A stretch of DNA of 32,000 nt. Origin: an uncultured Erysipelotrichaceae bacterium (lineage in GTDB: Bacteria; Bacillota_I; Bacilli_A; Erysipelotrichales; Erysipelotrichaceae). The stretch lies in NCBI GenBank assembly GCA_942492995.1, contig OW818653.1:960001-992000 (forward strand), written 5' to 3'. Under the pieces are notes generated by a model. It was not told where the DNA came from. It saw only the letters and a list, made by a program, of their open reading frames with translations, and made no database searches. The position numbers were made by a program, and so were the translations under genes. Positions 1-8,580 of this stretch are shown here, piece by piece. The first letter of the stretch is position 1, and every line of letters starts with the position of its first letter.

Positions 1-528
1 TTGATTCTTAGTATCAAGATCCATTTCCGCATAACTAAGTGTATACCCTTTTGGCACAAAGATTGGATCATAGCCAAACCCATTCGTTCCTCTTGGTTCA
101 AAACCAATTGACCCTGGCATTATCCCTTCAAACGTATGAATTGCTTGTTCAGATAGGATTAAACAAACAACTGATACAAATCGTGCATTACGATTACTAA
201 CATTCTCTAATCGATCTAATATTGATTTATTCTTGATTTCATATGAAGTATCTTCTCCAAGATAACGAGCTGAGTAAACACCCGGTTCATTGTTTAAAGC
301 CTCTATTTCAATTCCTGAGTCATCCGCAATGCATGCGAATCCGGTAAGATTATGAATATGCATCGCTTTTAATCTTGCGTTTGATTCGAAAGTTGTCCCT
401 GTTTCTTCAATATCATCTACGATATTTATGTCACTCAAACTTAAAACTTCATACTGAGGATAATCATTCAATAATCGTTTAAGTTCGATTACTTTGTTTT
501 TATTTTGTGTAGCTAATATGAGTTTCAT
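1..528 (-). CDS. rdgB: dITP/XTP pyrophosphatase (Ham1/RdgB family); 3' end lies outside the window
   Basis: Absent from the ORF track because it is open to the window edge. My translation of the reverse complement from the ATG at 526-528 reads MKLILATQNKNKVIELKRLLNDYPQYEVLSLSDINIVDDIEETGTTFESNARLKAMHIHNLTGFACIADDSGIEIEALNNEPGVYSARYLGEDTSY...MPGSIGFEPRGTNGFGYDPIFVPKGYTLSYAEMDLDTKNQ, with no stop down to position 1. Family hallmarks are present (ATxNxxK, ADDSG, EPGVYSARY, GFGYDPIF). It overlaps the upstream gene by 29 nt. Confidence 0.9.
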   Translation of the reverse strand, partial: MKLILATQNKNKVIELKRLLNDYPQYEVLSLSDINIVDDIEETGTTFESNARLKAMHIHNLTGFACIADDSGIEIEALNNEPGVYSARYLGEDTSYEIKNKSILDRLENVSNRNARFVSVVCLILSEQAIHTFEGIMPGSIGFEPRGTNGFGYDPIFVPKGYTLSYAEMDLDTKNQ

Positions 529-2116
529 TTATTAAATCTCCTTCGTTATTTAAGGTAAACCAGAATTGCTTATCTGTTCCATAGATTATCGCATGAACAG
601 TATCTGTATCTTTTATCCATATTGCCTTATGGGCTAATGGATGATAATTAGCTAAGTATTTACGATACACATTAATATCAATGGAATCCAATGGATAGAT
701 TAAACTTGGTTTTTGACGAGCTTGACGATAATATGCCATTTCGATAAATGTTTGAGCCTTACTTGTATATTTATTCAATATTGGAGTTAATGTACGATAG
801 AAATCAATGACTTGGTACGGATGAGGAAGATGATTAATGGCATAGCCCATCTCTGCCATTACATCAAATGTCGGAATAGTTGGATCACTAAATAATTCAT
901 CGAGTTCCGGTTTTAAACGTTGTGAGTTATAACACTTTTCAGTTGCCTTTGCGACATATTCAACTTCTTTAATATCATTTAATGTCATCCATTTCGACTG
1001 TGTAATTTGGTAAGGTGCGATAGTCTCAGCACTATAGCCATAGATTTCTTGAAGTTGATAAAGTACTGTACCATGTAATAATTTTAAGATTCCAACTTGG
1101 ATTTCAAATGGTTTAAGATGGATTAATTTTTGATAAGATACTTTAAATAAAGCAAGTGTCTCATACGGTAATCCTGCGATTAAATCAGTATGTTGGTGCG
1201 CTTTTAAATCCGCAAATCCTTTGATTACTTCACTTAATTTATCTAAATCACATACTCTACCTACAGCTTGTAAGGTTTTTGATTGAAATGATTGTACACC
1301 AATCTCCATTCTAAAGCGTTTTAAGGCTTTCGTTTGAAAGAAATCAATTAGTTTAGGATGTAATGTATCACCTACAAGTTCTACATGAAAACTCATAAAT
1401 TCTGGCATGGATAAACATTGATTACCGAGTCTTAATGCTCGATTAGGTTCGACATTAAATGTTCGGTCTAAAAACTTTACTTGTTTTACCGATGTGTCTT
1501 TTAATTGAGTAAAGAATTGGTCCATATATGTTTCACTAAACAATCGAACTTTACGATCAAGTGAAGCCATACAGTATGCACATCCGTATGGACAACCTCG
1601 TGATGTCTCTACATAGAGATAACGCTTATCCATATTCTTTTGATCAAATGGTAGAAAGTACGGACTTTCTAATTGTTCTAAACGTGATAAATCGGTTTTA
1701 AGTATTTCTGTTTTAAGTTGGTAAGAAGATTGATAACCTTTAGTTTCTTTATGTTCTATCGCATCCCAAAAGCTAAACTCACCTTCACCTAAGATAATTC
1801 CATCAATTGGATAATCCCACATCGGATCAGGATTATACGTTACTTCAGGCCCTCCCAAAATAATTCTACAGTTTGGTAATAACGCATTTATATCTATGAT
1901 AAATTTCTTTGTGGCTTCAATATTAAAAATATAACAGCTTAATCCAAGTACTTCTGGATTGTACGCTATTATTTCATGTAAACATTTTTCATAATTCTCA
2001 GTCGTACCTTCAAAGATTTGCGCTTCGATTGAATCTGGTTTACTTACCATTAACCAACGTAGGGCAAGGTTTTTATGGATATAACTGACATTTAAACTAC
2101 ATAGTGCAACGTTCAT
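500..2116 (-). CDS. B12-binding-domain radical SAM protein (DUF4080-type C-terminus)
   Basis: 538-aa ORF. The N-terminus MNVALCSLNVSYIHKNLALRWL is typical of the B12-binding radical SAM class. The CxxxCxxC cluster motif is present as ETSRGCPYGCAYC. The long C-terminal extension resembles DUF4080. Confidence 0.85.
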   Translation of the reverse strand: MNVALCSLNVSYIHKNLALRWLMVSKPDSIEAQIFEGTTENYEKCLHEIIAYNPEVLGLSCYIFNIEATKKFIIDINALLPNCRIILGGPEVTYNPDPMWDYPIDGIILGEGEFSFWDAIEHKETKGYQSSYQLKTEILKTDLSRLEQLESPYFLPFDQKNMDKRYLYVETSRGCPYGCAYCMASLDRKVRLFSETYMDQFFTQLKDTSVKQVKFLDRTFNVEPNRALRLGNQCLSMPEFMSFHVELVGDTLHPKLIDFFQTKALKRFRMEIGVQSFQSKTLQAVGRVCDLDKLSEVIKGFADLKAHQHTDLIAGLPYETLALFKVSYQKLIHLKPFEIQVGILKLLHGTVLYQLQEIYGYSAETIAPYQITQSKWMTLNDIKEVEYVAKATEKCYNSQRLKPELDELFSDPTIPTFDVMAEMGYAINHLPHPYQVIDFYRTLTPILNKYTSKAQTFIEMAYYRQARQKPSLIYPLDSIDINVYRKYLANYHPLAHKAIWIKDTDTVHAIIYGTDKQFWFTLNNEGDLINETHISYTK

Positions 2117-2125
2117 ATCTCAATC

Positions 2126-2157
2126 ATTTTAGCATAAGTTATTGTCTATGCTAAAAT
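2126..2157. promoter_or_regulatory. 11-bp perfect inverted repeat forming two mirror-image extended -10 promoters in a 47-nt divergent intergenic region
   Basis: attttagcata (2126-2136) and tatgctaaaat (2147-2157) are exact reverse complements separated by 10 nt. On each strand one arm supplies TTAGCA (-35-like), followed by a 17-nt spacer, and the other arm supplies TGcTAAAAT (extended -10). The -10 ends 6 nt before the ATG at 2164 on the plus strand and 9 nt before the ATG at 2116 on the minus strand. Neither gene has a Shine-Dalgarno sequence. Confidence 0.45.
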
Positions 2158-2163
2158 AGACTC

Positions 2164-2988
2164 ATGGAAAAAATCTGGCAAGATAAAGTTGTATCAATTC
2201 TTAATGAACCAATTAAGCAGATAATTGATACGAATAAGGGTTTAACAAACTTTAATTATCGTGTAATTACGGAACATTTTGATGTGATTGTACGTATCCC
2301 ACGTTCAGATAGTTCGAATATTGTATATCGTAAACATGAAGCGTTAGCACATAAACTTATTAATCAAACTCATCTTGATATTGAAACAATCTTTTATGAT
2401 CCCAATAATGGGATGAAAATAACTGAGTTTATTCCTGACTTAAAAACATTCAATGATTATCATGGAAATGATCGAATTGCACGAACAGCGAAATTAATGC
2501 GTGATTTACATCAAATTAATCAATGTATCGGTGTACAGTTTAATCCAATCGAGCGCTATCAAAAATATCGTAGTTTCGTTAAGAATCCAATGATCAGTGA
2601 TGAGTTAGCAGAACAGATTATTTCTGGTATTTCTTCAATTAATCGTCCTTTAACACTATGTCACAATGATTGGGTTCCTGGAAATATTTGTTTTACACCG
2701 AATAAAGATTATTTAATTGATTATGAGTATGCTGGTGATAATGATCCATTCTTTGATGTAATGTCGTTTATAACCGAAAATGATTTATCACAAGCTGAAA
2801 TAGATGAGTTTATACAATGTTATTTCGGTCGAATTCCAAGTAAATTGGAAGAGGAATTATTGATTTGTTATAAACAATTTCATAATCTATTATGGTGTAC
2901 TTGGGCATGTATGATGTATGAATCAAGAAGTGAAGATATCTATCAAAACATTGCGATTGATAAATATAATGCGATTATTAAGAAATAA
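2164..2988 (+). CDS. Choline/ethanolamine-kinase-family phosphotransferase (LicA/ThiK-like; substrate uncertain)
   Basis: 274-aa ORF. Brenner-type catalytic motif CHNDWVPGNICF (HNDxxxxN). Choline-kinase-type motif LIDYEYAGDNDPFFDV. Confidence 0.75.
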   Translation: MEKIWQDKVVSILNEPIKQIIDTNKGLTNFNYRVITEHFDVIVRIPRSDSSNIVYRKHEALAHKLINQTHLDIETIFYDPNNGMKITEFIPDLKTFNDYHGNDRIARTAKLMRDLHQINQCIGVQFNPIERYQKYRSFVKNPMISDELAEQIISGISSINRPLTLCHNDWVPGNICFTPNKDYLIDYEYAGDNDPFFDVMSFITENDLSQAEIDEFIQCYFGRIPSKLEEELLICYKQFHNLLWCTWACMMYESRSEDIYQNIAIDKYNAIIKK

Positions 2989-2991
2989 ACA

Positions 2992-3016
2992 AAAACTGGT
3001 TGATTTAACCAGTTTT
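2992..3016. terminator. Bidirectional intrinsic terminator between convergent genes
   Basis: aaaactggtt / gattt / aaccagtttt forms a 10-bp stem with a 5-nt loop. T-rich sequence follows on the plus strand (cttttt) and an A-run flanks the other side. Confidence 0.7.
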
Positions 3017-3025
3017 CTTTTTCAA

Positions 3026-3295
3026 TTAATGTGATGCTTTAGGATCTACAAACACATCTTTAATTTCTTCCATTGCGTCATGAGTTACATGTTTAACATC
3101 ATCGATTGTTTCAAGTGTTTTACCTTTTAGAGTATCCACAACGCCTTCTGTTTTAAGCTTATTATCATCTGTCATAGTCCCAATGAAACGTTTTGCGTCT
3201 CCTTTTAATTGATCTACAACACCTTTGCGGCGTAAATATTCATAGATTGTGACTGCGCCGACTAACGTAATTCCAAGCCCTATTAATCTTTTCAT
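3026..3295 (-). CDS. Membrane-anchored CsbD-like general stress protein
   Basis: The CsbD-type repeat GTMTDDNKLKTEGVVDTLKGK follows an N-terminal hydrophobic helix (LIGLGITLVGAVTIY). I moved the start to the ATG at 3293-3295 (MKRL...) because GAAAGGTGA lies about 9 nt upstream. The track ORF extends to 3349 with no ribosome-binding site. Confidence 0.65.
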   Translation of the reverse strand: MKRLIGLGITLVGAVTIYEYLRRKGVVDQLKGDAKRFIGTMTDDNKLKTEGVVDTLKGKTLETIDDVKHVTHDAMEEIKDVFVDPKASH

Positions 3296-3423
3296 ATTTA
3301 TCATCACCTTTCTAAACTCATAATAGCACTCAACAACTTTAGTTACCATTCAGATAATCATCTGTAATTAAATTTAAATGATTTTTATATCAGTTCACTA
3401 CAAATGATTCACAATTTAATTAG

Positions 3424-3432
3424 TGCTATAAT
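3424..3432 (+). promoter_or_regulatory. Extended -10 promoter element (TGcTATAAT) for the aldolase gene
   Basis: Exact TGnTATAAT match 71 nt upstream of the ATG at 3503. No good -35 was seen. Confidence 0.5.
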
Positions 3433-3502
3433 CAAAATATAAGAAGAAATATTAGTTATACCTTAGATTGTTAGTGAACTAACAAAGAAACGAGGAATTA
3501 CT

Positions 3503-4390
3503 ATGAATCAAACACAACTTAAACGCATGCATACCGAAAAAGGTTTCATTGCGGCACTTGACCAAAGTGGTGGTAGTACGCCTAAAGCATTAAAATTATA
3601 TGGAGTAAATGAAGATGCTTATCATGATAATGAACAGATGTTTGATCTTGTTCATCAAATGCGAACACGAATAATTAAGAGTCCTTCTTTCTCATCTGAA
3701 CATATTTTAGGTGCTATTCTCTTTGAAGACACAATGGATCGTAAGATAGATGGCGAATACTCTTCTGATTATTTATGGAACAAGAAAAATATTGTGCCAT
3801 TCTTAAAAATTGATAAAGGTTTAGCGGAAGAAATTGATGGCGTACAATTGATGAAACCCATTGATAATTTAAAGGAATTATTAACAAGAGCGATTATTAG
3901 AAATGTATTTGGGACTAAGATGCGTTCTGTGATTCTTAAACCAAATCAAAGCGGAATTGAAAAGATTGTTAAACAACAATTTGAATTAGCTAAGATAATC
4001 TTTGAAGCAGGACTTGTACCGATTATTGAACCTGAAGTAGATATCCATAGTGTTGATAAGGCAAAATCAGAAGTCATATTAAAAGATTTGTTGTTTAAAG
4101 AATTAGCGAAGTTACCGAAAGAGTATAAAGTAATATTTAAATTATCAATTCCAAGTGTTGATGGTTTCTATTCTGATTTAATGAAAGATGAACATGTTGT
4201 AAGAGTTGTCGCTCTTTCTGGAGGTTATACCAGAGAAGATGCGAATGTACGCTTAACACGTAATCCTGGCTTAATAGCTAGTTTCTCACGTGCATTGTCT
4301 GAAGGATTGAATGTAAATCAAACTGAAAAAGAGTTTGATACATTACTGATTAAAACTGTTGTATCAATTTATAACGCATCTATACTTTAG
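3503..4390 (+). CDS. fda: Fructose-bisphosphate aldolase, class I
   Basis: 295 aa. The N-terminus MNQTQLKRMHTEKGFIAALDQSGGSTPKALKLYGV is characteristic of the Staphylococcus-type class I Fda family, and the length matches. Shine-Dalgarno GAGGA lies 7 nt upstream. Confidence 0.9.
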   Translation: MNQTQLKRMHTEKGFIAALDQSGGSTPKALKLYGVNEDAYHDNEQMFDLVHQMRTRIIKSPSFSSEHILGAILFEDTMDRKIDGEYSSDYLWNKKNIVPFLKIDKGLAEEIDGVQLMKPIDNLKELLTRAIIRNVFGTKMRSVILKPNQSGIEKIVKQQFELAKIIFEAGLVPIIEPEVDIHSVDKAKSEVILKDLLFKELAKLPKEYKVIFKLSIPSVDGFYSDLMKDEHVVRVVALSGGYTREDANVRLTRNPGLIASFSRALSEGLNVNQTEKEFDTLLIKTVVSIYNASIL

Positions 4391-4400
4391 GAACATTAAG

Positions 4401-4437
4401 AAAAGAGATTCAAGGGTATTAACCAAGCATCTCTTTT
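4401..4437. terminator. Candidate shared terminator hairpin between convergent genes
   Basis: aaaagagat (4401-4409) pairs with atctctttt (4429-4437), a 9-bp stem with a large 19-nt loop, followed by ttt. The large loop makes this weaker than the other terminators. Confidence 0.4.
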
Positions 4438-5310
4438 TTATATGGTTAGACTTAATTGATTATTAACTTCTTTCGATTCAAACTCTCCGATGTATTTAAA
4501 TATCTCATCAGGATTTGACATTATGCCGTGTTTTAAACATTCTTCATTAAAAATCTTCATAAGCTTCTCATGGTTTGGACTATTAATTACATAGTCTTCA
4601 CCATATATTCTTTGATAGTCTTTTTTCAAACCTGGAAAATGTTTATCTAATTTATCATAAAAATATTCACGATCGCCTTCTCTTAGGGTTACACCAATTC
4701 CGAAACATAAAATCCCTTTTACGTTAGCTTCAACACAATAGTTTATAATTCCACGTATATTCTCTTCTGTATCATTTATGAATGGTAATATCGGTGTCAT
4801 CCAAACTATGGTAGGTATATTATTTTGATTGAATATTTTAAGCGCTTTTACTCTTTCAAGTGTTGTGGAAACATTGGGTTCAATAATTTTACAGAGTTCT
4901 TCATCAAATGTTGTTAGTGTCATTTGTACAACACATTTTGTCTTTTGATTAATTCTTTTTAATAAATCTAAATCATTTAAGATTCGATCTGATTTAGTTT
5001 GAATTGATATTCCAAAACCATATTTATCGATTAACCCCAATGACTTATGTGTTAGTTGAATATCTTGTTCACAATGCATATATGGATCACTCATCGCACC
5101 TGTCACGATCATACATTTATTGCGTTTACGTTTAAGGGTTTGTTCAAGTAGTTCTAGTGCGTTTGATTTAACTTCGATATCTTCAAAATCATGTTTCATT
5201 TGATAACATGTACTACGACTATCACAATAAATACATCCATGGGTACAACCTCGATAGAGATTCATTCCATTTCTTGGGGATAAGATACTTTTTACTTCTT
5301 TAAAATGCAT
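4438..5310 (-). CDS. SPL (spore-photoproduct-lyase-like) family radical SAM protein
   Basis: 290 aa. An N-terminal CxxxCxxC motif (GCTHGCIYCDSRS) lies within MHFKEVKSILSPRNGMNLYRGC, the COG1533-type arrangement. Confidence 0.8.
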   Translation of the reverse strand: MHFKEVKSILSPRNGMNLYRGCTHGCIYCDSRSTCYQMKHDFEDIEVKSNALELLEQTLKRKRNKCMIVTGAMSDPYMHCEQDIQLTHKSLGLIDKYGFGISIQTKSDRILNDLDLLKRINQKTKCVVQMTLTTFDEELCKIIEPNVSTTLERVKALKIFNQNNIPTIVWMTPILPFINDTEENIRGIINYCVEANVKGILCFGIGVTLREGDREYFYDKLDKHFPGLKKDYQRIYGEDYVINSPNHEKLMKIFNEECLKHGIMSNPDEIFKYIGEFESKEVNNQLSLTI

Positions 5311-5457
5311 CGTTAACTTGCCTTTATCTATTTTGGACTTTCTAATTAAGTAAAATTATACCCCATAATTGATTGTTCAATATAAAAACACATTAATTAT
5401 ATTAGATGTATACTGAATTTATAGAGGATTAAACCATTTTATAAAGAGGTAATAATT

Positions 5458-7983
5458 ATGAAGAAAATGGATAATTATACATATTGGGACAAACCTAAGG
5501 AAGTTGTCATAAATGATTTTAACTCGAGTGAGAACGGAATTACTGAAGATGACGCAAAGTCTCGATTAATTCAATTTGGTATGAATTCGATAAAATCACA
5601 TAACAATGAAACAATGTTAATTCTCTTTTTTAATCAATTTAAGAATCCTATTATGCTCATTATGTTAATTGCGACAATTATATCGGGGTTAACGGGAGAC
5701 TGGATTGATTCGCTAATTATATTTATTATTGTCTTTGCGAGTGTTTTATTAAGTTTTTATCAAGAATACAGTGCTAGTAATGCGATTGATGAACTAAAAT
5801 CACGTTTACAGCTAACATGTAGAGTATATCGAAATAAAATTCTTAAAGAAGTTCCAACACAATATCTTGTACCTGGGGACGTAATTAATTTGTCTGCAGG
5901 TAGTTTAATCCCTGCGGATGGTTTAATTATTACGTGTGATGATTTCTATGTAAATCAATCCATTTTAACTGGTGAATCAATACCTGTTGAAAAGAAAGTT
6001 ATCGTGCTTGAAGAACTTACACCTATATCACTTCGAATTAATACAGTTTTTACAGGTACTACTGTTTACAGTGGAAGTGCGAGTATATTGGTAATTAACA
6101 CTGGTATTCAATCAGAGTTTGGTAAAATTGCGCAACAACTCGCTAAACAAACTCCTGAAAATGAATTTGAAAGAGGAATCCGACATTTTGGGTATTTATT
6201 AACTGAAGTTATGTTATTTCTAACTCTTATTGTATTTGCCATAAATGTACTTTTAAATAAACCAGCTATTGACTCATTATTATTCTCTGTCGCATTAGCT
6301 GTTGGAATTACTCCACAACTTTTACCAGCCATTATAAATATTACTCTATCAAAAGGCGCTAAGACGATGGCTAAAGAAGGAGTAATAGTTCGTCATCTAA
6401 CCGCAATCGAAAACTTTGGTAGTATGGATGTTTTATGTACAGATAAAACGGGAACGTTAACTGAAGGTATTGTTAAACTAAATCAAGTTTATGATGCAAT
6501 GGGGAATGTTTCCGATGATGTATTTAGACTTTCCTATTTAAACTCAAAATTACAGATTGGCTTAAACAACTCGTTAGATCAAGCTATTATTGATTACAAA
6601 GAAATTGATGTGAGCCAAGTTCATAAACAAGATGAAATTCCGTATGATTTCAAAAGAAAACGCCTGAGTATCATAATTTATGAAAATGATCAATATACAA
6701 TGATTACAAAAGGAGCATTTGAACAAATTGTACGTGTATGTAAATTTGTTCAAATAAATTCGATAGTCGAAACCTTGGATAATGTTCGTTTAGTCCAAAT
6801 TCAATCAAAATTCGAAGAATGGAGTAATCAAGGGTATCGTGTTTTAGGAGTTGCATGTAAACCAGTCGATAAACATTCACAGTATTTAACAGATGAAGAG
6901 TCTAATATGATTTTTATGGGCTACTTATTATTTTATGATCCACCTAAAGAAGATGTTATTCACACATTAGTTGAACTTAATAAATTAGGAGTTCAACTTA
7001 GAATGATTACAGGAGATAATCGTTTTGTGGCATTCCACACTGCAAATATGGTGGGATTGAAGGTAAATAAGCAATTAACTGGGTCTGATTTAATGAATTT
7101 GGATGATAAAGAACTACATCATATTATTGATGATGTTACTTTATTTAGTGAAGTTGATCCAAGTCAAAAAGAACGTATAATAATTGCACTTAAAAAATTG
7201 AATCATGTGGTTGGTTATATGGGGGATGGTATCAATGATGCCCCAGCATTACATGTATCGGATGTTAGTATATCTGTGAATTCTGCAGTAGATGTAGCGA
7301 AAGATGCGGCAGATTTCGTTTTATTAGAAAAAGATTTAAGTGTCTTAAAGCGTGGGATTGAATTGGGAAGAATATCATTTTCCAATACGTTGAAATATAT
7401 TTATATTACAACCAGTGCGAATTTTGGAAATATGTTCAGTATGGCTGGCGCTTCGCTTTTTATGCCATTTCTTCCTTTATTACCGAAACAAATTTTATTA
7501 ATAAACTTCATTACTGATTTCCCTGCTTTAACATTATCAAATGACAGTGTTGATATAGAATTAGTTAATAAACCAAGACGTTGGGATATAAAAGTAATTC
7601 GGAATTTTATGTTTACATTTGGGTTTATTAGTTCGATATTTGATTATTTAACGTTCTTTGTTTTATTGTTTCTATTTCAAGTTAATGAAATTGTCTTCCA
7701 AAGTAGTTGGTTTGTTTTATCCATTTTAACTGAATTAATCGTATTAATATTAATGCGAACTCAGAAAGCATTCTTTAAGAGTAAACCAGCCCCACTTCTT
7801 TTGTTTTCATCAATTGGAGTAGCATGTTTTACATTAATAATTCCATATCTCCCTTTACATCAATTTCTTGGTATAATTCCTGTCCCAATACATATTTTAT
7901 TTACTTTACTGTTAATTACTTTGTTATATATTGTTACAACAGAAATTACGAAATTCATATTCTATAAAAAAATGAGATCCTGA
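5458..7983 (+). CDS. mgtA: Magnesium-importing P-type ATPase
   Basis: 841 aa. P-type motifs TGES, DKTGTLT, MITGDN and GDGINDAPAL are present. The overall MgtA/MgtB-type layout is present, with about 10 TM segments. Shine-Dalgarno AGAGGT precedes the start. Confidence 0.88.
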   Translation: MKKMDNYTYWDKPKEVVINDFNSSENGITEDDAKSRLIQFGMNSIKSHNNETMLILFFNQFKNPIMLIMLIATIISGLTGDWIDSLIIFIIVFASVLLSFYQEYSASNAIDELKSRLQLTCRVYRNKILKEVPTQYLVPGDVINLSAGSLIPADGLIITCDDFYVNQSILTGESIPVEKKVIVLEELTPISLRINTVFTGTTVYSGSASILVINTGIQSEFGKIAQQLAKQTPENEFERGIRHFGYLLTEVMLFLTLIVFAINVLLNKPAIDSLLFSVALAVGITPQLLPAIINITLSKGAKTMAKEGVIVRHLTAIENFGSMDVLCTDKTGTLTEGIVKLNQVYDAMGNVSDDVFRLSYLNSKLQIGLNNSLDQAIIDYKEIDVSQVHKQDEIPYDFKRKRLSIIIYENDQYTMITKGAFEQIVRVCKFVQINSIVETLDNVRLVQIQSKFEEWSNQGYRVLGVACKPVDKHSQYLTDEESNMIFMGYLLFYDPPKEDVIHTLVELNKLGVQLRMITGDNRFVAFHTANMVGLKVNKQLTGSDLMNLDDKELHHIIDDVTLFSEVDPSQKERIIIALKKLNHVVGYMGDGINDAPALHVSDVSISVNSAVDVAKDAADFVLLEKDLSVLKRGIELGRISFSNTLKYIYITTSANFGNMFSMAGASLFMPFLPLLPKQILLINFITDFPALTLSNDSVDIELVNKPRRWDIKVIRNFMFTFGFISSIFDYLTFFVLLFLFQVNEIVFQSSWFVLSILTELIVLILMRTQKAFFKSKPAPLLLFSSIGVACFTLIIPYLPLHQFLGIIPVPIHILFTLLLITLLYIVTTEITKFIFYKKMRS

Positions 7984-7994
7984 GATCTCATTTT
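7969..7994. terminator. Bidirectional intrinsic terminator (mgtA / rplT)
   Basis: 11-bp stem aaaatgagatc / gatctcatttt with loop ctga. It overlaps the last mgtA codons and ends 3 nt from the rplT stop. A/T runs on both flanks. Confidence 0.7.
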
Positions 7995-7996
7995 AA

Positions 7997-8362
7997 TTAA
8001 GCTGTTTTTTCTAAAGCTTTTTTAGCTTTTTCAACTAGACTTGTAAATCCTTTAGGATCATGAATAGCCATTTCTGATAACATTTTACGGTTAATAAGAA
8101 TGTTAGCTAATTTCAATCCGTGCATCAATTTTGAATAACTGATTTCGTGCATACGAGCTGCAGCGTTAACACGTGCAATCCATAATTTACGCATTTCGCG
8201 TTTTAGATTACGACGGTCACGGTATGCATAGCGTAGTGAATGCATGACTTGTTCATGAGCTGTTTTGTAAATCGTGTGCTTACTTCCAAAGTAACCCTTT
8301 GCAAGTTTTAATATACCCTTACGACGAGCACGTGTCGCAACTGAATTTTTTACTCTTGGCAT
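7997..8362 (-). CDS. rplT: 50S ribosomal protein L20
   Basis: [26 protein letters not shown] is the canonical L20 N-terminus. Shine-Dalgarno AGGAG lies 7 nt upstream. Confidence 0.97.
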   Translation of the reverse strand: MPRVKNSVATRARRKGILKLAKGYFGSKHTIYKTAHEQVMHSLRYAYRDRRNLKREMRKLWIARVNAAARMHEISYSKLMHGLKLANILINRKMLSEMAIHDPKGFTSLVEKAKKALEKTA

Positions 8363-8372
8363 GTGTCTTCTC

Positions 8373-8567
8373 CTAATTGTGCAACATTAATTTAATACGT
8401 TTGAAATCCGTCTTGTGAATTAATGTTGATTTGCGTAAATTACGTTTTTGTTTATGCGATTTGTTGGCCGCAAAGTGGGATACATACGCATGTGAACGCT
8501 TTAGTTTACCACTGCCTGTTACTTTGACACGTTTAGCCAAAGCTTTTTTAGTCTTCATTTTTGGCAT
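8373..8567 (-). CDS. rpmI: 50S ribosomal protein L35
   Basis: [24 protein letters not shown] is canonical L35, 64 aa. Shine-Dalgarno AGGAG precedes the start. Confidence 0.97.
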   Translation of the reverse strand: MPKMKTKKALAKRVKVTGSGKLKRSHAYVSHFAANKSHKQKRNLRKSTLIHKTDFKRIKLMLHN

Positions 8568-8580
8568 AATCTGCTCTCCT

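Noticed and set aside
5311-5457. Possible Mg2+-sensing leader (M-box or mgtL-like uORF) upstream of mgtA. An 8-codon uORF, ATG TAT ACT GAA TTT ATA GAG GAT TAA, lies at 5406-5432.
   Set aside because: The region is 147 nt, must hold two divergent promoters, and lacks the GC-rich helices of an M-box. The uORF has no Shine-Dalgarno sequence and no Pro-rich content like mgtL.
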